The translations under genes were made by a program, and so were the position numbers. A stretch of DNA of 64,000 nucleotides from an uncultured Methanosarcinaceae archaeon (GTDB taxonomy: Archaea > Halobacteriota > Methanosarcinia > Methanosarcinales > Methanosarcinaceae), in the NCBI GenBank assembly GCA_963727895.1, contig CAVSHT010000013.1, forward strand, positions 64,001 to 128,000. The letters run 5' to 3'. The notes under the pieces were generated by a model. The model saw only the letters and a program-made list of their open reading frames with translations, was not told the origin of the DNA and ran no database searches. Below, in pieces: positions 1 to 11,542 of the stretch. Numbering within the stretch: position 1 is the stretch's first letter; each line of letters begins with the position of its first letter.

Positions 1-742
1 TTCCGAGGAATGAACCTGGCCAGGGGAGATTCATCTTCAACCATTTTTGAGCTTTCTGCGCCAGAGTCCGACCTATTGTGAGCATGAAAGCAAATAGCAA
101 AAATACCATAATGAAAGTAATGTAAGGTGGGATATTCATTATGCTCTCAGGTGCGAAATTACTTAATATAAAGGCAAATAACGACCATCCTACAAGATCA
201 TCGATAGTTGCGGCGCCGGTAATGATCATCCCTATATCTGTCTTCATCAAATCTAGATCCATAAGGGTTCTGGCAATCACCGGAAGGGCGGATATTGACA
301 GCGCTGTGCCCATGAACATCGCGAAAAATAATAATCTGCCCTGAAAATGCTCCCTCCACATGTCCGGGAACAGGAAAATCATCCCGAAACCCATTATAAA
401 TGGTATCAATATCCCCATTAAACTGGCCCAGGCTATGTTAACGCTCCGTTTCTTAACTAGGCTCAGGTTCATCTCCAGGCCTGCTGCGAATAAAAAGAAC
501 AGCATGCAGATCTGGATAAGGGCATCTCTGCCCTGGAAAATAACCCCTGATGACGGGAATAGTGAGTTATAAGTGCTTGGACTAAGCCTTCCCAAGATTG
601 TTGGACCAAGGATAATACCACCAAAGAGCTCACCTAGGACCGCAGGAAAACTAAGAATACGCATTACCTGTCCACAAAACAATGCTATAAAAAGCATAAT
701 AGCAATCTCTAGGAAAAAGACCATTATCTCTATCGGCGTCAT
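1..742 (-). CDS. Cation:proton antiporter (CPA2/Kef-NapA type), N-terminal part; runs off the window
   Basis: Manual minus-strand translation from ATG at 742: MTPIEIMVFFLEIAIML...PAVLGELFGGIILGPTILG...LFAAGLEMN...SISALPVIARTLMDL...AATIDDLVGW, the hydrophobic CPA2 signature. Confidence 0.85.
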   Translation of the reverse strand, partial: MTPIEIMVFFLEIAIMLFIALFCGQVMRILSFPAVLGELFGGIILGPTILGRLSPSTYNSLFPSSGVIFQGRDALIQICMLFFLFAAGLEMNLSLVKKRSVNIAWASLMGILIPFIMGFGMIFLFPDMWREHFQGRLLFFAMFMGTALSISALPVIARTLMDLDLMKTDIGMIITGAATIDDLVGWSLFAFILSNFAPESIMNIPPYITFIMVFLLFAFMLTIGRTLAQKAQKWLKMNLPWPGSFLG

Positions 743-1053
743 ACAACCTTACCTAATTTTTTATATTTACCTTATTTTTAAACATCTTGTAGTGGCTTAT
801 CGAATTATTCCTGTACTATTCTCAAAAATGCATTTTCAATGTAGAGCTGTATAATAATTGGATGAATTATCCATAATTTGAGCTTTATAATTATTACTAT
901 AATATTAAGTCATTGGTTCTAAGTTAAGCCATTTTTTCGTTTACTACTAAGAATTCCATGTGAATTAATGTCAACTCAAGTTTCAAAGAGAAAAAGAAAT
1001 TATTCTGGTCATTAATGTTCAGGTGTTGAATATTTAAAAGCCTATATAATTTA

Positions 1054-1185
1054 GACTTTGTAAATAACCTCTCAAATCCACTATCAGTGGGTTGAAACCG
1101 GCAAGTTTATCTAATAAGTGATAATACTTTTTGAATTGTTGTTAACTTTGATTTTTACTTGAATATTGAGGATTTCTACAGAGCC
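1054..1185. mobile_element. Putative MITE (~132 bp), GGCTCTGTAGAAATCC-type ends
   Basis: Left end GACTTTGTAAATAACCTC vs reverse complement of right end GGCTCTGTAGAAATCCTC; related ends at 25127, 36640 and 42969-43082. Confidence 0.45.
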
Positions 1186-1512
1186 AGAATTTATTAATTC
1201 TTTATACTCAATTTTTTGAACCTTGTATTAAACGCAAATCTTGAAACCAGAAACTTAAGGTTTTAAGCCCATTAAAATCAACTCTGATGTCTGTAAGGTT
1301 GTAACTTTTTTCGTTTTACAGTATCTTATAGTTAGCTTGTTCTTTCCAATAACTAGGCGTTTTTTATTAAAATGTCGGGATATATATGGTATAAGATTAA
1401 TATAACGTTATAAGGGGAAGCTTATAATAATAATTAAATTTGATTATTATGAACTTTTATTTTTTTGAGTGATCTTCCGAATGGACAATGCATTTTTGAG
1501 AGGGGGAATATC

Positions 1513-1809
1513 ATGTCAGTTAAAATTGAATGGCAAATTTTCACAGCCGAGACCCGGAGCGACGGTACGTGGAATTCTAACAGCCCTGCTCTTGCAGAGT
1601 TGCTCAACGCCATAGCAAGCCCGGACAAAATTAAGGAACCTGCTTTAGATATTGAGGATGCAATGGCTCATCTGGCCATCAAAGGATTGCCATATTTTAA
1701 AATAACTTCAGTTACTCTTGGAGATAACAGAGGAAAAAGCAGTACTAAAAAGTCCTCAAATACTAATAAAAAGTCCTCAAATACTAATGCTAACATAAAT
1801 TTCAGTTGA
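1513..1809 (+). CDS. Hypothetical protein (~98 aa)
   Basis: AGGGGG RBS before ATG 1513; MSVKIEWQIFTAE...; C-terminal 21-bp duplication encoding KKSSNTN x2. Confidence 0.6.
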   Translation: MSVKIEWQIFTAETRSDGTWNSNSPALAELLNAIASPDKIKEPALDIEDAMAHLAIKGLPYFKITSVTLGDNRGKSSTKKSSNTNKKSSNTNANINFS

Positions 1810-2224
1810 AATCTCATAAAAAAATGTTCATGTATATTCGATTAAAATACGATTGTAAGAAATGTGTTGTTTTTTGCGTTTCTGTAAGGCTTAAAATGTA
1901 CAGGATAAATGTAAGACAAATAGTAATTTTAATCTTTATTTTCAATTCTATTATTTTTATAAGGTCCTCTAAAAACGATTTATTTTTTCACTGTTATTAG
2001 TTTTTATTTTCAGATTAAGCATATATTAGTAGGCTTTATAGAAAATCTATCTTCTCTTCTTCATTCTATTTTTGTAAAAATTCGTTTTCCATTCCCTTAC
2101 AAATGTTTTTCTGTATTTTCTTTTAATAAGTTATTCAGATAACTTTTCAAAATCTTGAGTATCCTTTTTTATCTATCATTTTTTATTAAGTATATAAATT
2201 ACGATACTTTTTTATTAAACAATA

Positions 2225-2263
2225 GGAATAGGATTTCCTTTTCTTTCGCAATACTTATATATA
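2225..2263 (+). promoter_or_regulatory. NrpR-type operator GGAA-N6-TTCC plus TATA box upstream of amt-glnK
   Basis: GGAA-TAGGAT-TTCC at 2225-2238; TTATATATA at ~2255-2263; a GGAA half-site at 2271. Confidence 0.7.
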
Positions 2264-2464
2264 ATGACAAGGAATTACTTTGCTGGTGATATGATTCAGG
2301 GCTATTAGACGGATAAGATAGGCTTGAAATAGAGTTAACTATCAAAATTTAATCTTTATGAAAATTTCAATTATATGTTGTTCTTTCAACCTGTCTTTAT
2401 AAAATAGTATCATGTCGCTGACCGCCTATTATTAGGCCCAAATGGATATTAAGGAGTCTATTGA

Positions 2465-4090
2465 ATGCGAAAAAAAATAAATGGGTTATTTGTTAGTTTA
2501 TTGATACTATTTATTTTGGTCGTTGCTTTTCCGGCAATAGTGCTGGCGGACCAGCAGGCAGACCAGCAGGCAGACCCTACAGGGGCTAGTACGAATTATT
2601 CCAGCTATGTAGCGTCGAGCACTGGCGGTGCACCTTCTTTAGCAGACGTGACCAGTGCTGTAGGACATAACAGCGTAGCTATAAATATCGTGTGGACATT
2701 GCTCGCGGGTTTCCTTGTTATGTTTATGCAGGCTGGATTTGCAATGGTCGAGACGGGATTCGTCCGTGTGAAGAATGTTGCGCATACGATGGCTATGAAC
2801 TTTCTTGTGTATCCACTTGGTATGTTAGGGTTCTTCGTGACGGGTTTTGCCATCATGTTTGGAGGCGTCGGCCCACTGGCAACGCTGGGAGGTTATACAG
2901 GGCTTAACCATGAATTTACTATTACCCTTTTAGGTCATCAGTTCGGGCTCTTCGGAATGACTGGATTTGGGCTGATAGGCACTTATGATGTGGGTGTATT
3001 CGCCTTATTCTTATTCCAGATGGTCTTCATGGATACGACCGCGACGATTCCTACTGGAGCTTTGGCAGAACGTTGGAAGTATTTGAATTTCTGTATAATG
3101 GGATTTGCTATTGGTGCCTTTATATACCCGCTTTTCGGTAACTGGGTATGGGGCGGAGGTTGGCTTGCTCAGCTTGGTGTTAATTTTGGTCTGGGTCACG
3201 GTCATGTGGATTTCGCCGGTTCATCAGTAGTACATATGACTGGAGGAGTAATCGGACTGGTAGGTGCATGGTTAATCGGACCGCGTATCGGTAAGTATAA
3301 TAAAGACGGTTCCGTTAATGCAATACCAGGTCACAGTATCCCTATGGCTATAATCGGTACTTTCATCCTCGCTTTTGGATGGTTCGGTTTCAATGCAGGC
3401 TCAACCATGGCAGGTGGAGATCTGAGAATAGCCATGGCAGCCACAAATACTATGTTAGCTTCAGCTACCGGTGCTATTATGGCTACTGCATGGATGTGGG
3501 CTGTTCGCACGAAAAAGCCGGATCCAGGTATGGCATGTAACGGTATGTTGGCAGGACTTGTAGCTATCACTGCACCCTGTGCATTCGTCAACCAGATAAG
3601 TGCCGCAATTATTGGTCTTGTTTCGGGTATTCTTGTAGTCGAATCTGTCTACTTTGTTGAGAGAAAATTAAAAATCGATGACCCAGTTGGTGCTGTCTCT
3701 GTACACATGGTCAATGGTGCATGGGGTTGTCTTGCTCTAGGTCTATTTGCAGACGGCAGCTATGGCGCTGGATGGAATGGTGTGCCTGGAACCGTTACTG
3801 GTTTATTATATGGTCAGCCTCTCCAGTTTGTGGCTCAATGCATTGGTGTAGCTACCAACTTTATTGTGGTTGGTATACTGTCGTTTGTCATCTACAAGTT
3901 GATTAACCTCATCACTCCAATGCGTGTGAGTGCCGAGGTTGAGATTGATGGACTTGATGTTCCTGAAGTAGGATGTCCGGGTTATGTTGGCGATAGTCCT
4001 GAGACCGGAATGAATAAGAGCTCTGAACCAGTACATATGCATGAGTCAGTAGGGGTAGTGGCCGAAGCCAAAAAGGATGGATCTGCATGA
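2465..4090 (+). CDS. amtB: Ammonium transporter (Amt family)
   Basis: FMQAGFAMVETG, DFAGSSVVHMTGG, GWFGFNAGS and IDDPVGAVSVH motifs; N-terminal signal-like extension. Confidence 0.95.
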   Translation: MRKKINGLFVSLLILFILVVAFPAIVLADQQADQQADPTGASTNYSSYVASSTGGAPSLADVTSAVGHNSVAINIVWTLLAGFLVMFMQAGFAMVETGFVRVKNVAHTMAMNFLVYPLGMLGFFVTGFAIMFGGVGPLATLGGYTGLNHEFTITLLGHQFGLFGMTGFGLIGTYDVGVFALFLFQMVFMDTTATIPTGALAERWKYLNFCIMGFAIGAFIYPLFGNWVWGGGWLAQLGVNFGLGHGHVDFAGSSVVHMTGGVIGLVGAWLIGPRIGKYNKDGSVNAIPGHSIPMAIIGTFILAFGWFGFNAGSTMAGGDLRIAMAATNTMLASATGAIMATAWMWAVRTKKPDPGMACNGMLAGLVAITAPCAFVNQISAAIIGLVSGILVVESVYFVERKLKIDDPVGAVSVHMVNGAWGCLALGLFADGSYGAGWNGVPGTVTGLLYGQPLQFVAQCIGVATNFIVVGILSFVIYKLINLITPMRVSAEVEIDGLDVPEVGCPGYVGDSPETGMNKSSEPVHMHESVGVVAEAKKDGSA

Positions 4091-4425
4091 AGAAAATAGA
4101 AGCAGTTGTTAGACCCACAAAGCTTGAAGAAGTAAAAATCTCGCTCGAAAATGCCGGCTTCTGTAGCCTTACCATTGTCGACGTAAAAGGTCGTGGTCAG
4201 CAAAAAGGCATTATCCAGCAATGGAGAGGGCAAGAGTATAGGGTTGACACTCTACCGAAGGTAAAGGTTGAGTTGACAGTAAATGATGAAGATGTAGATA
4301 AAGCCATTGAAGCTATTGTTAGTTCCGCAAGGACCGGCAATATTGGTGATGGTAAAATCTTTGTTTCACCCGTTGAAAAGGTTTTAAGGATCAGAACCGG
4401 TGAAACAGATGGAAAGGCCGTTTAA
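4087..4425 (+). CDS. glnK: PII nitrogen regulatory protein
   Basis: MKKIEAVVRP, KGRGQQKG T-loop, TGNIGDGKIFV, RIRTGE; overlaps the amt stop (ATGA). Confidence 0.95.
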   Translation: MKKIEAVVRPTKLEEVKISLENAGFCSLTIVDVKGRGQQKGIIQQWRGQEYRVDTLPKVKVELTVNDEDVDKAIEAIVSSARTGNIGDGKIFVSPVEKVLRIRTGETDGKAV

Positions 4426-4440
4426 GGCCTTTCTTTTTTA
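4412..4440 (+). terminator. Hairpin plus T-tract terminator after glnK
   Basis: GAAAGGCC-gtttaa-GGCCTTTC followed by TTTTTT. Confidence 0.6.
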
Positions 4441-5142
4441 AATTTATTTAAGAGGCGCTACTCATAAAAACCAGTTTGGAATTGTAGCCAAATATTGGAT
4501 AATTTATTCAGTGTGATTTCTTATCAATTACTACTTTTTTCTATACTGTTTGCCCATTTAGGCTGCAATCCCATTTCTGCTTATGTATTCTTAATTTCCT
4601 GTACAAAATGTCCATTTTTAGTTTTGGGGTCTATATTTATTAGCATTGTATCCATAGCTTCTTTAAAGAGATATTTTTATCTCATATTCATTACTCCTGA
4701 TGGTAACTCAATAAGGCAATAGTTTTTTCAGATCTTCAAGCGTTTCTCCTCTTGGTGGAGACAACTTCCTCCAGCATATATTCTTTATATGCAAAAAAGA
4801 TACGACTGTAGTATCTGATTATTATCTGATTATAAATATCTATGAAGCATTTGATTGAAATATCAACTAGAACAATTTAAAATCTGTTTTAGCCAAAAAT
4901 GAATAGCAGGAATTTTAAAATCCAGCTTAATTGAATATACAAAAAAGCCTGAAATTAACCCTACGAATATATATTTCTTAAAGTTATTTGACACGTCGAG
5001 TATACGCGGATCTCTTAAAACTTTCTCCCGTTGTTTTTTTCTCAAAAGAATTATATCATATAAATCCCAACTATGTTAAACTCTTCATTATTACAAATCC
5101 ATCTAATTGTGTTAAACTCAAACAGAGATTGAGGTTTTAAAA

Positions 5143-5535
5143 ATGACAGAAAAAATCGGAATTCTGGCTATCGGCCACGGGAGCAAGCTACCTTACAACA
5201 AGGAAGTCGTTACTCAGATTGCAAATTATATAGCCCAAAAACACTCTGATATCGTCATCAGAGCTGGCTTTATGGAAAATAGTGAGCCAACACTTGAAGA
5301 AGCAATTGCAGGTTTCTCAGGCACTGGTGTGACAAAAATTGCAGCAGTACCGGTTTTCCTGGCTTCTGGAGTACACATAACAAAGGATATACCTGAGCTC
5401 CTTAGTCTGGATGAACAGGGCTGTGGTACTCTGGAAATTGATGGAAAAGCAATTCCTATATGCTATGCAAAGCCTCTTGGAGCCGATGAGCTTATCGCTG
5501 ACCTTGTGTTCAAAAGGGTTGAGGAAGCCCTTTAA
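5143..5535 (+). CDS. cfbA: Sirohydrochlorin nickelochelatase (F430 biosynthesis)
   Basis: Short CbiX-type: [19 protein letters not shown]; first gene of the cfb cluster. Confidence 0.92.
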   Translation: MTEKIGILAIGHGSKLPYNKEVVTQIANYIAQKHSDIVIRAGFMENSEPTLEEAIAGFSGTGVTKIAAVPVFLASGVHITKDIPELLSLDEQGCGTLEIDGKAIPICYAKPLGADELIADLVFKRVEEAL

Positions 5536-5559
5536 ATTCATAGCGAGGTCCGGTTTTTC

Positions 5560-7137
5560 ATGGGCCTATCTCAGAAAAATATCGTCGTGCTAGACCTAAC
5601 TCACGGCGGTATTCCCATAGCAAAAAAACTTGCAGTTTCTGGAAATAAAGTAACGGGGATAGACGTCTATGGGACAGTCAAGCCTGAAAAACTGCTTGAA
5701 CTTAAAGAGAAGTATGGGATGCACTGTTCAAAAATCCCTATCTCTGAATCAGGATTCGACTTCATTATTGCACCTGTACACCTTGATTTTGCTTATCCAA
5801 TGCTTGTTGAAGCCAGATCACAGGAAAAAACTATCCTTTCGCATCACGAAATTGTTGGAGAAATTCTCAAAGCCGATCCAAGGCTTTCAGGTATAAAAAC
5901 GGTTGAAGTTACAGGAGTAAAAGCAAAAACAAGCACTGCATCCCTCCTTGCCGATATGCTCTCCAGACAATTTGAAGTAGTGTTGCATACTTCACGGGGA
6001 CTCGAATACTGGAAAGCAGGTATTTCTTCTCTTATTTATAAGGGCTTGAGCATAACTCCCGGAAGTATTCTGGTTGCAGTTGAGAAAACTTTCGAAGCCG
6101 GATTAAGACCCGATTTTTTTATCTTTGAAATATCAATCGGCGGCACTGGTACTGCTGATTTAGGGATTCTTACAACTCTTTCTCCAGATTATGGGATTGC
6201 AAACAATAAAGCCCTTGCAAGTGAAGCAAAGCTCCAACTCATCAGAAACGCAAAGTCTGGTAGTACGCTTTTAATTAATTCACAGGCCGAAAAAGCACTT
6301 AAAGCTGCAAAAGAGATTCAGGTGAAAAGTCTAACTTTCAAAGATCCGTTCAATGAAGATGTTTCCGGAACTTCAACCAAAACAGCCGATTTTGTGCTGG
6401 AAACAAGGTCTGAGCCTTCATCTCTATCAGTCTCTTCAGAATTACCAATTTCTTCAGGATCACCAATTTCTTCAGGATCACCAATTTCTTTAGGATCATC
6501 AGATTCATCAATGTCAACCAGCTTATCAGACTCATCAATTCCATCAAGCTTACCAGATCTCAGAGCTTCTCCTACATCTTCAGGTTATAAGATTCACTTT
6601 ATACATAGTGGAAATAAAATTTTTTCAGCTTTCCTGTGTCCAGGATATAATATTTCGGCTTACAGAACTGCCTTTGTTGCAGCTTCAGCAGCTGCCCTCG
6701 AACTTGGAATTAAACGTGAAGCTGTTATTTCGGCAATTGAGGATTTCAGGGGACTTTCCGGCAGGATGCAGGAAAAGGAAGTGGACGGGATCTTCCTTAT
6801 AGACAATTCCAATTCCGGTATGGATATTCTCTCGGCTGAAAAAGCTCTTGACTATGCCTTACTTAAGAAAAAGGACGAAAAAAAAGATGGTGTCATCCTC
6901 GTTTTAGGAGAAGAAGCTTCTCAGGTCTGTGAAGGACTTCCTCCTCAATCTGTGCAGTGCTTTGTAGATAAATTTGGTACTAAATGCAGACAAATTATAC
7001 TGGTTGGAGAACGGATGGGAAAAGTAATTGGAAAAAACCTTTCTTATGCACGGAATCTCCCTGATGGGCTCTCTAAAGCATCTGAATTGGCAGGAGTCCA
7101 CGACATAATAATTTCTTCTGTAAAATGCTTCCGTTAA
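5560..7137 (+). CDS. cfbE: Coenzyme F430 synthetase (Mur-ligase-like)
   Basis: LDLTHGG N-terminus, [12 protein letters not shown]-loop, LSGRM, DNSNSG; cluster context; contains an S/P-rich stretch. Confidence 0.9.
   Translation: MGLSQKNIVVLDLTHGGIPIAKKLAVSGNKVTGIDVYGTVKPEKLLELKEKYGMHCSKIPISESGFDFIIAPVHLDFAYPMLVEARSQEKTILSHHEIVGEILKADPRLSGIKTVEVTGVKAKTSTASLLADMLSRQFEVVLHTSRGLEYWKAGISSLIYKGLSITPGSILVAVEKTFEAGLRPDFFIFEISIGGTGTADLGILTTLSPDYGIANNKALASEAKLQLIRNAKSGSTLLINSQAEKALKAAKEIQVKSLTFKDPFNEDVSGTSTKTADFVLETRSEPSSLSVSSELPISSGSPISSGSPISLGSSDSSMSTSLSDSSIPSSLPDLRASPTSSGYKIHFIHSGNKIFSAFLCPGYNISAYRTAFVAASAAALELGIKREAVISAIEDFRGLSGRMQEKEVDGIFLIDNSNSGMDILSAEKALDYALLKKKDEKKDGVILVLGEEASQVCEGLPPQSVQCFVDKFGTKCRQIILVGERMGKVIGKNLSYARNLPDGLSKASELAGVHDIIISSVKCFR
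6444..6497 (+). repeat. In-frame 18-bp tandem repeat x3 inside cfbE
   Basis: ACCAATTTCTTCAGGATC x3 (third copy has one mismatch), encoding PISSGS. Confidence 0.85.
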
Positions 7138-7527
7138 ATACCTCTCTCTACTTAGTGTTCTTTGAAGATGTTGATGATTAATGAGGGATTAATGGGGAAT
7201 CAGATAAGTACAAATTACTACGAAATTAATCAAAAAATACCCGGAAATTCAATAATTATCTAGGAGCTTTTGACCGAGATCTAAAATTCGGATAAGGCTT
7301 TACCAATATTAACAGGTTAAATTCAGTCTTCAGGTTTCTGCCCGGATTTATGATACAATTTTATACAGGCTCTTTCAATCTGTATTCGTTTTCATTACTT
7401 GCCCATTACTTGCTTTAATTTCAACTGATCGTGTTTCTTTATCTCAATCGATATACTTAAAGGATTTAAAAATTCTAAACGAAATTCAATTTATCATTCT
7501 TATATTATCTAAATAAGAGGATTTATC

Positions 7528-8640
7528 ATGGCTGGAAAAGAGATTTCAATCATTCACCCCCGCCCAAGTTCTATAGTCGCGGCTCTTTACACTCTAAGAG
7601 ACTTAAATGTTGATGTCGCTATTCTGCATGGACCTCCTGGTTGTTCCTTTAAACATGCAAGGCTGCTTGAAGAAGACGGTATACATGTCGTTACCACAGG
7701 CCTTGATGAAAATAATTTCGTTTTCGGAGGGCACGACAGGCTTGTAGAACTGATAAACAAGTCAGTGGAACTTTTTAACCCTAAACTTATAGGGGTAGTA
7801 GGAACTTGTGCCAGTATGATTATTGGTGAAGAAATGCATGACGCTGTACTTGAAGCAAATCCCGATGTCCCGGTAATTGAAGTTGAAGTGCATGCAGGTT
7901 ATCACAATAATACAAAAGGAGTGCTCTTTGCTCTGGAGTCAGCACTTGATGCTGGAATTATTGACCATAAAGAGTTCGAACGTCAGGAATACCTCCTTGA
8001 AAAGGCTACAGATGTGGAAAAAAGATTTGGGGCTGCAAGCAGAGAATACCTGGCTCCATCTCGCGGAGATGTCAAATATAAAGCTGCAAAGCGTGTTATT
8101 CAGCTCCTCAAGGAAGGCAAGAAGGGTCTTGTCATCATGAACGCTAAAAAAGAAACCGGATACATGTTTGCAGACATCACCCTTGCAGTAAACGAGGTTG
8201 CAGAAAGTCTCGGAAAAAAAGAAAACCTTATTAATATGGCAAATATCGACCCAATGCTCGGACTTCCCAGAGTAAGGCAGCATGCCGAATATATAATGAG
8301 AGACTTCAAAGCAAATGGGGTTGAAATGCATGAAATCATTGGCGGCATGGATGAATATCCAATTGCAGGAGAAAAGGTCAGCGAATTGATTAAGGAAAAA
8401 TATAGTGACTTCGACTTTGCGGTAATTTCGGGCGTTCCTCATGCAATTCCTATGGAACACATAAAAAATATGGAACTTATTTCGATTACCAATGGTCCTA
8501 GACAGGTTTTACCTTTAAAGGAAATGGGTCACAAGTATGTGTTGGTTGAAATTGACCTCCACCCAAAAACTCTAGGAGTTAGTGAAATCGTGGAATCCGA
8601 GTTTGGGGCTACTTTAAGGGAAGTTGCAAAGGAAAACTAA
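7528..8640 (+). CDS. cfbD: Ni-sirohydrochlorin a,c-diamide reductive cyclase, NifD-like subunit (NflD)
   Basis: [35 protein letters not shown]. Confidence 0.93.
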   Translation: MAGKEISIIHPRPSSIVAALYTLRDLNVDVAILHGPPGCSFKHARLLEEDGIHVVTTGLDENNFVFGGHDRLVELINKSVELFNPKLIGVVGTCASMIIGEEMHDAVLEANPDVPVIEVEVHAGYHNNTKGVLFALESALDAGIIDHKEFERQEYLLEKATDVEKRFGAASREYLAPSRGDVKYKAAKRVIQLLKEGKKGLVIMNAKKETGYMFADITLAVNEVAESLGKKENLINMANIDPMLGLPRVRQHAEYIMRDFKANGVEMHEIIGGMDEYPIAGEKVSELIKEKYSDFDFAVISGVPHAIPMEHIKNMELISITNGPRQVLPLKEMGHKYVLVEIDLHPKTLGVSEIVESEFGATLREVAKEN

Positions 8641-8674
8641 AAAATAAGAACGGGGAAATCAGGAGGAAGATCCT

Positions 8675-9472
8675 TTGACAAAGCAAAAGATCATCGCAAT
8701 CTATGGAAAAGGCGGGATTGGCAAATCGAGTACAGCTTCAAATGTTGCCGCCGCTTGCGCTGAGGCAGGAAAAAAAGTCATGATCATAGGCTGTGATCCT
8801 AAAAGTGACTCATCAATCACTCTGCTTGGAGGCAGGAGAATTCCAACTATTCTCGACCTTCAGCGTGAAGGTGTAGATATACAGGAAAAAGATGTAGTCT
8901 TTGAAGGATATGCAGGTGTCAAATGTGTGGAAGCAGGGGGTCCGGAACCAGGAATAGGGTGTGCAGGGCGAGGAATTATTGTTGCCATCCAGAAATTGAA
9001 ACGTATCTCAGGAGATCTCTTAAAAGAGCAGGACTTAATCATTTACGATGTACCTGGAGACATAGTCTGCGGAGGATTCGTTGCCCCTGTAAGGAAAGGT
9101 TTTGTAAATGAGATTTATGTCCTTACTTCTGGAGAGTACATGCCTCTTTATGCAGCAAATAATATCTGCAAAGGTCTTTTGAAGATAGGAATGCCTCTCA
9201 GTGGAGTAATCTGTAATTCCAGAAACGTGAGCAGGGAAGAAGAAATTGTTGCAAAGTTTTCTGAGGAAATCGGCAGTCAACTAATGGTTTTTATTCCAAA
9301 GAGGCAGTCAGTTCAGGATTGTGAGAGAGAAGGTTACTCTGTAATGGAAAAAGCACCTGAATCTGATATTGCGGAAATCTACCGCCAGCTTGGAAAAGCG
9401 ATCCTTGAAAACAATAACAAAGTCACAGCAGGTTTTCTAAGTGATGAAAGGTTAAGGGAATTGACAAAATAA
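8675..9472 (+). CDS. cfbC: Reductive cyclase reductase, NifH-like (NflH)
   Basis: [43 protein letters not shown]. Confidence 0.93.
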   Translation: MTKQKIIAIYGKGGIGKSSTASNVAAACAEAGKKVMIIGCDPKSDSSITLLGGRRIPTILDLQREGVDIQEKDVVFEGYAGVKCVEAGGPEPGIGCAGRGIIVAIQKLKRISGDLLKEQDLIIYDVPGDIVCGGFVAPVRKGFVNEIYVLTSGEYMPLYAANNICKGLLKIGMPLSGVICNSRNVSREEEIVAKFSEEIGSQLMVFIPKRQSVQDCEREGYSVMEKAPESDIAEIYRQLGKAILENNNKVTAGFLSDERLRELTK

Positions 9473-9613
9473 ACTAAAATCACAGACAATAAGGAAATTG
9501 GCCGGATAAACAAATATTGGCGGTCAAGTTGCGATAGAAGTTACGATGGCAATAAACTGCAAAGTAAATTAGCCGTATAATTGCCGCAAAAAATTGATCA
9601 GGGGTATCGAAAA

Positions 9614-11098
9614 ATGCTTAATGAAAAGCAATCCTCGGCAGGGAATATTCCAAGGATTCTCATTTCCGCAGACCGTTCTTCTTCAGGCAAGACAACAATT
9701 TCTATGGGTTTGATGGCTGTTCTCGTTTCAAGAGGATATAAAGTCCAGCCCTTTAAGGTCGCTTTGGACTATATCGACCCTAGTTATCACACTGAGATAA
9801 CTGGCAGGTTCTGCCGGAACCTTGACGGTTATCTGATGGATGAAAATGGAATTCTGGATGTTTATACCCATGCCTGCGAAACCGGTGATAAAGCAGACAT
9901 TGCAATTATCGAAGGAGTTAGGGGGCTTTACGAAGGTTTTGAAAGCTTAAGTGATATCGGAAGCACTGCTCAGATTGCAAAGATTCTCAATTGCCCTGTA
10001 ATTTTCGTAATCAATGCTCGGAGCATTACTCGTTCAAGTGCTGCACTCGTCAACGGATACAAAAACTTCGATCCAGATGTGGACATTGCGGGAATTATCC
10101 TTAATAACATCGGAAGCCGTCGCCATGCCGAAAAAGCAAAAGAGGCTATCGAATATTATACAGGCGTTCCGATCATAGGAATCGTTCCGAGAGATCCTTC
10201 TATGCAGATTTCTATGCGTCATCTCGGGCTTATGCCAGCTCTTGAAGGTCGCAGAAGGCTTGGAGACGGAGACTTTGAAGCCCGCCTTCATGTCATTGAA
10301 GAAATTATCAACAAAGGAATCGATATTGATCACTTTCTGCAAATTGCAAACAACGTAAAACCCCTGAAAAGTCCTGAAAATAGCGTTTTTTCGATTACCT
10401 CTGATGCGGTAGATAAACCAAAAATAGGTGTCGCCTTTGATGAGGCTTTTAACTTCTACTATCGCGATAACATTGATCTTCTTAAACTTGCAGGGGCAGA
10501 AATAGTTTACTTCAGTCCTGTTAAAGACTCTGTTCTCCCTGAGGTTGATGGACTCTATATCGGAGGCGGTTATCCTGAAATTTTTGCAGCCGAACTTGAA
10601 GCTAATGAGTCAATGCGTCAGAACATCAAAAAGGCTTCCACTGCTGGCATGCCTATTTATGCCGAGTGCGGTGGGCTTATGTACCTTACAGAAAAAATAA
10701 GTACAGGCGTTTCTGGAAAAGGCACTTATCACGATGCTTCAATGCCGGAAGCTACATATGAAATGGTTGGAGCTCTCCCAGGGCATACTATTATGGGACA
10801 TACAAGAGTAGTAAGTTACAACATCGGCACCCTTAATCAGGACTGTCTTCTAGGAAAAAAAGGCAACAGTTTCAAGGGACATGAATTCCATCATTCTGAA
10901 ATAAGAGGTATTCCTGAAGATGCTGAGTTTGCAATCACTCTTTCGAGAGGAACAGGTATAAAGAACGATAAGGACGGCCTTATCTCTGGAAATACCCTTG
11001 GCTCTTATGCTCACCTTCATGGAGTTGCATACAGGGAACTTGCAAGTTCATTTGTGAAGGCTGCAAGAACGTTTCGGGATTCCAGAATTCGTCCGTGA
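9614..11098 (+). CDS. cfbB: Ni-sirohydrochlorin a,c-diamide synthase (CbiA/CobB-like)
   Basis: SSSGKTT, DYIDPSYH, EGVRGLYEG, GATase AECGGLMYL, GHEFH; ATG 9614 preferred over the upstream TTG. Confidence 0.92.
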   Translation: MLNEKQSSAGNIPRILISADRSSSGKTTISMGLMAVLVSRGYKVQPFKVALDYIDPSYHTEITGRFCRNLDGYLMDENGILDVYTHACETGDKADIAIIEGVRGLYEGFESLSDIGSTAQIAKILNCPVIFVINARSITRSSAALVNGYKNFDPDVDIAGIILNNIGSRRHAEKAKEAIEYYTGVPIIGIVPRDPSMQISMRHLGLMPALEGRRRLGDGDFEARLHVIEEIINKGIDIDHFLQIANNVKPLKSPENSVFSITSDAVDKPKIGVAFDEAFNFYYRDNIDLLKLAGAEIVYFSPVKDSVLPEVDGLYIGGGYPEIFAAELEANESMRQNIKKASTAGMPIYAECGGLMYLTEKISTGVSGKGTYHDASMPEATYEMVGALPGHTIMGHTRVVSYNIGTLNQDCLLGKKGNSFKGHEFHHSEIRGIPEDAEFAITLSRGTGIKNDKDGLISGNTLGSYAHLHGVAYRELASSFVKAARTFRDSRIRP

Positions 11099-11386
11099 CG
11101 TATGTGATTTTTTTCTTGTTTTTTCTTTACTACTTTTTTAATATATCCAGTCATTTTTATAACGTGAGATGCTTTCTTAATAAATGCTGATACACAAACA
11201 AAGATTTAGCATTCTACAATCAACCTTTAAGATACGTTTTAGACTACGAGCTTAGGTCTTTGAAGGTCGAAAAAGCAATATTATATTAAATCAAATTATA
11301 ATAGGTTAAGTTACAATAAACTTGATTATAAAGAACTATTTTATGAAAATTTCAATTCAGAAAGCATGCTATAAAAAATTAAGTCA

Positions 11387-11479
11387 CAATAAACTAGATA
11401 ACAAATCAACTTATAACCAATAAACTAGATAACAAATCGACTTATAACCAATAAACTAGATAACAAATCAACTTATAAC
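11387..11479. repeat. 31-bp tandem repeat x3, intergenic
   Basis: CAATAAACTAGATAACAAATC(A/G)ACTTATAAC x3, no spacers. Confidence 0.9.
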
Positions 11480-11542
11480 AGATCATAGTTATAGTTAAGC
11501 CAGATCATTAAAACAACTTGTTTTTATTTATTTTCTTTTAAG

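Noticed and set aside
141..854. Plus-strand ORFs 141-854 and most short overlapping ORFs in the track
   Set aside because: They are antisense or off-frame shadows of well-supported genes (here the antiporter).
4450..4870. Possible minus-strand gene or transposase remnant after glnK
   Set aside because: Coding-like patches, but many stops and no recognisable motif.
8675..9472. NifH-like gene as evidence of nitrogenase
   Set aside because: Context with cfbA/E/D/B identifies it as CfbC.
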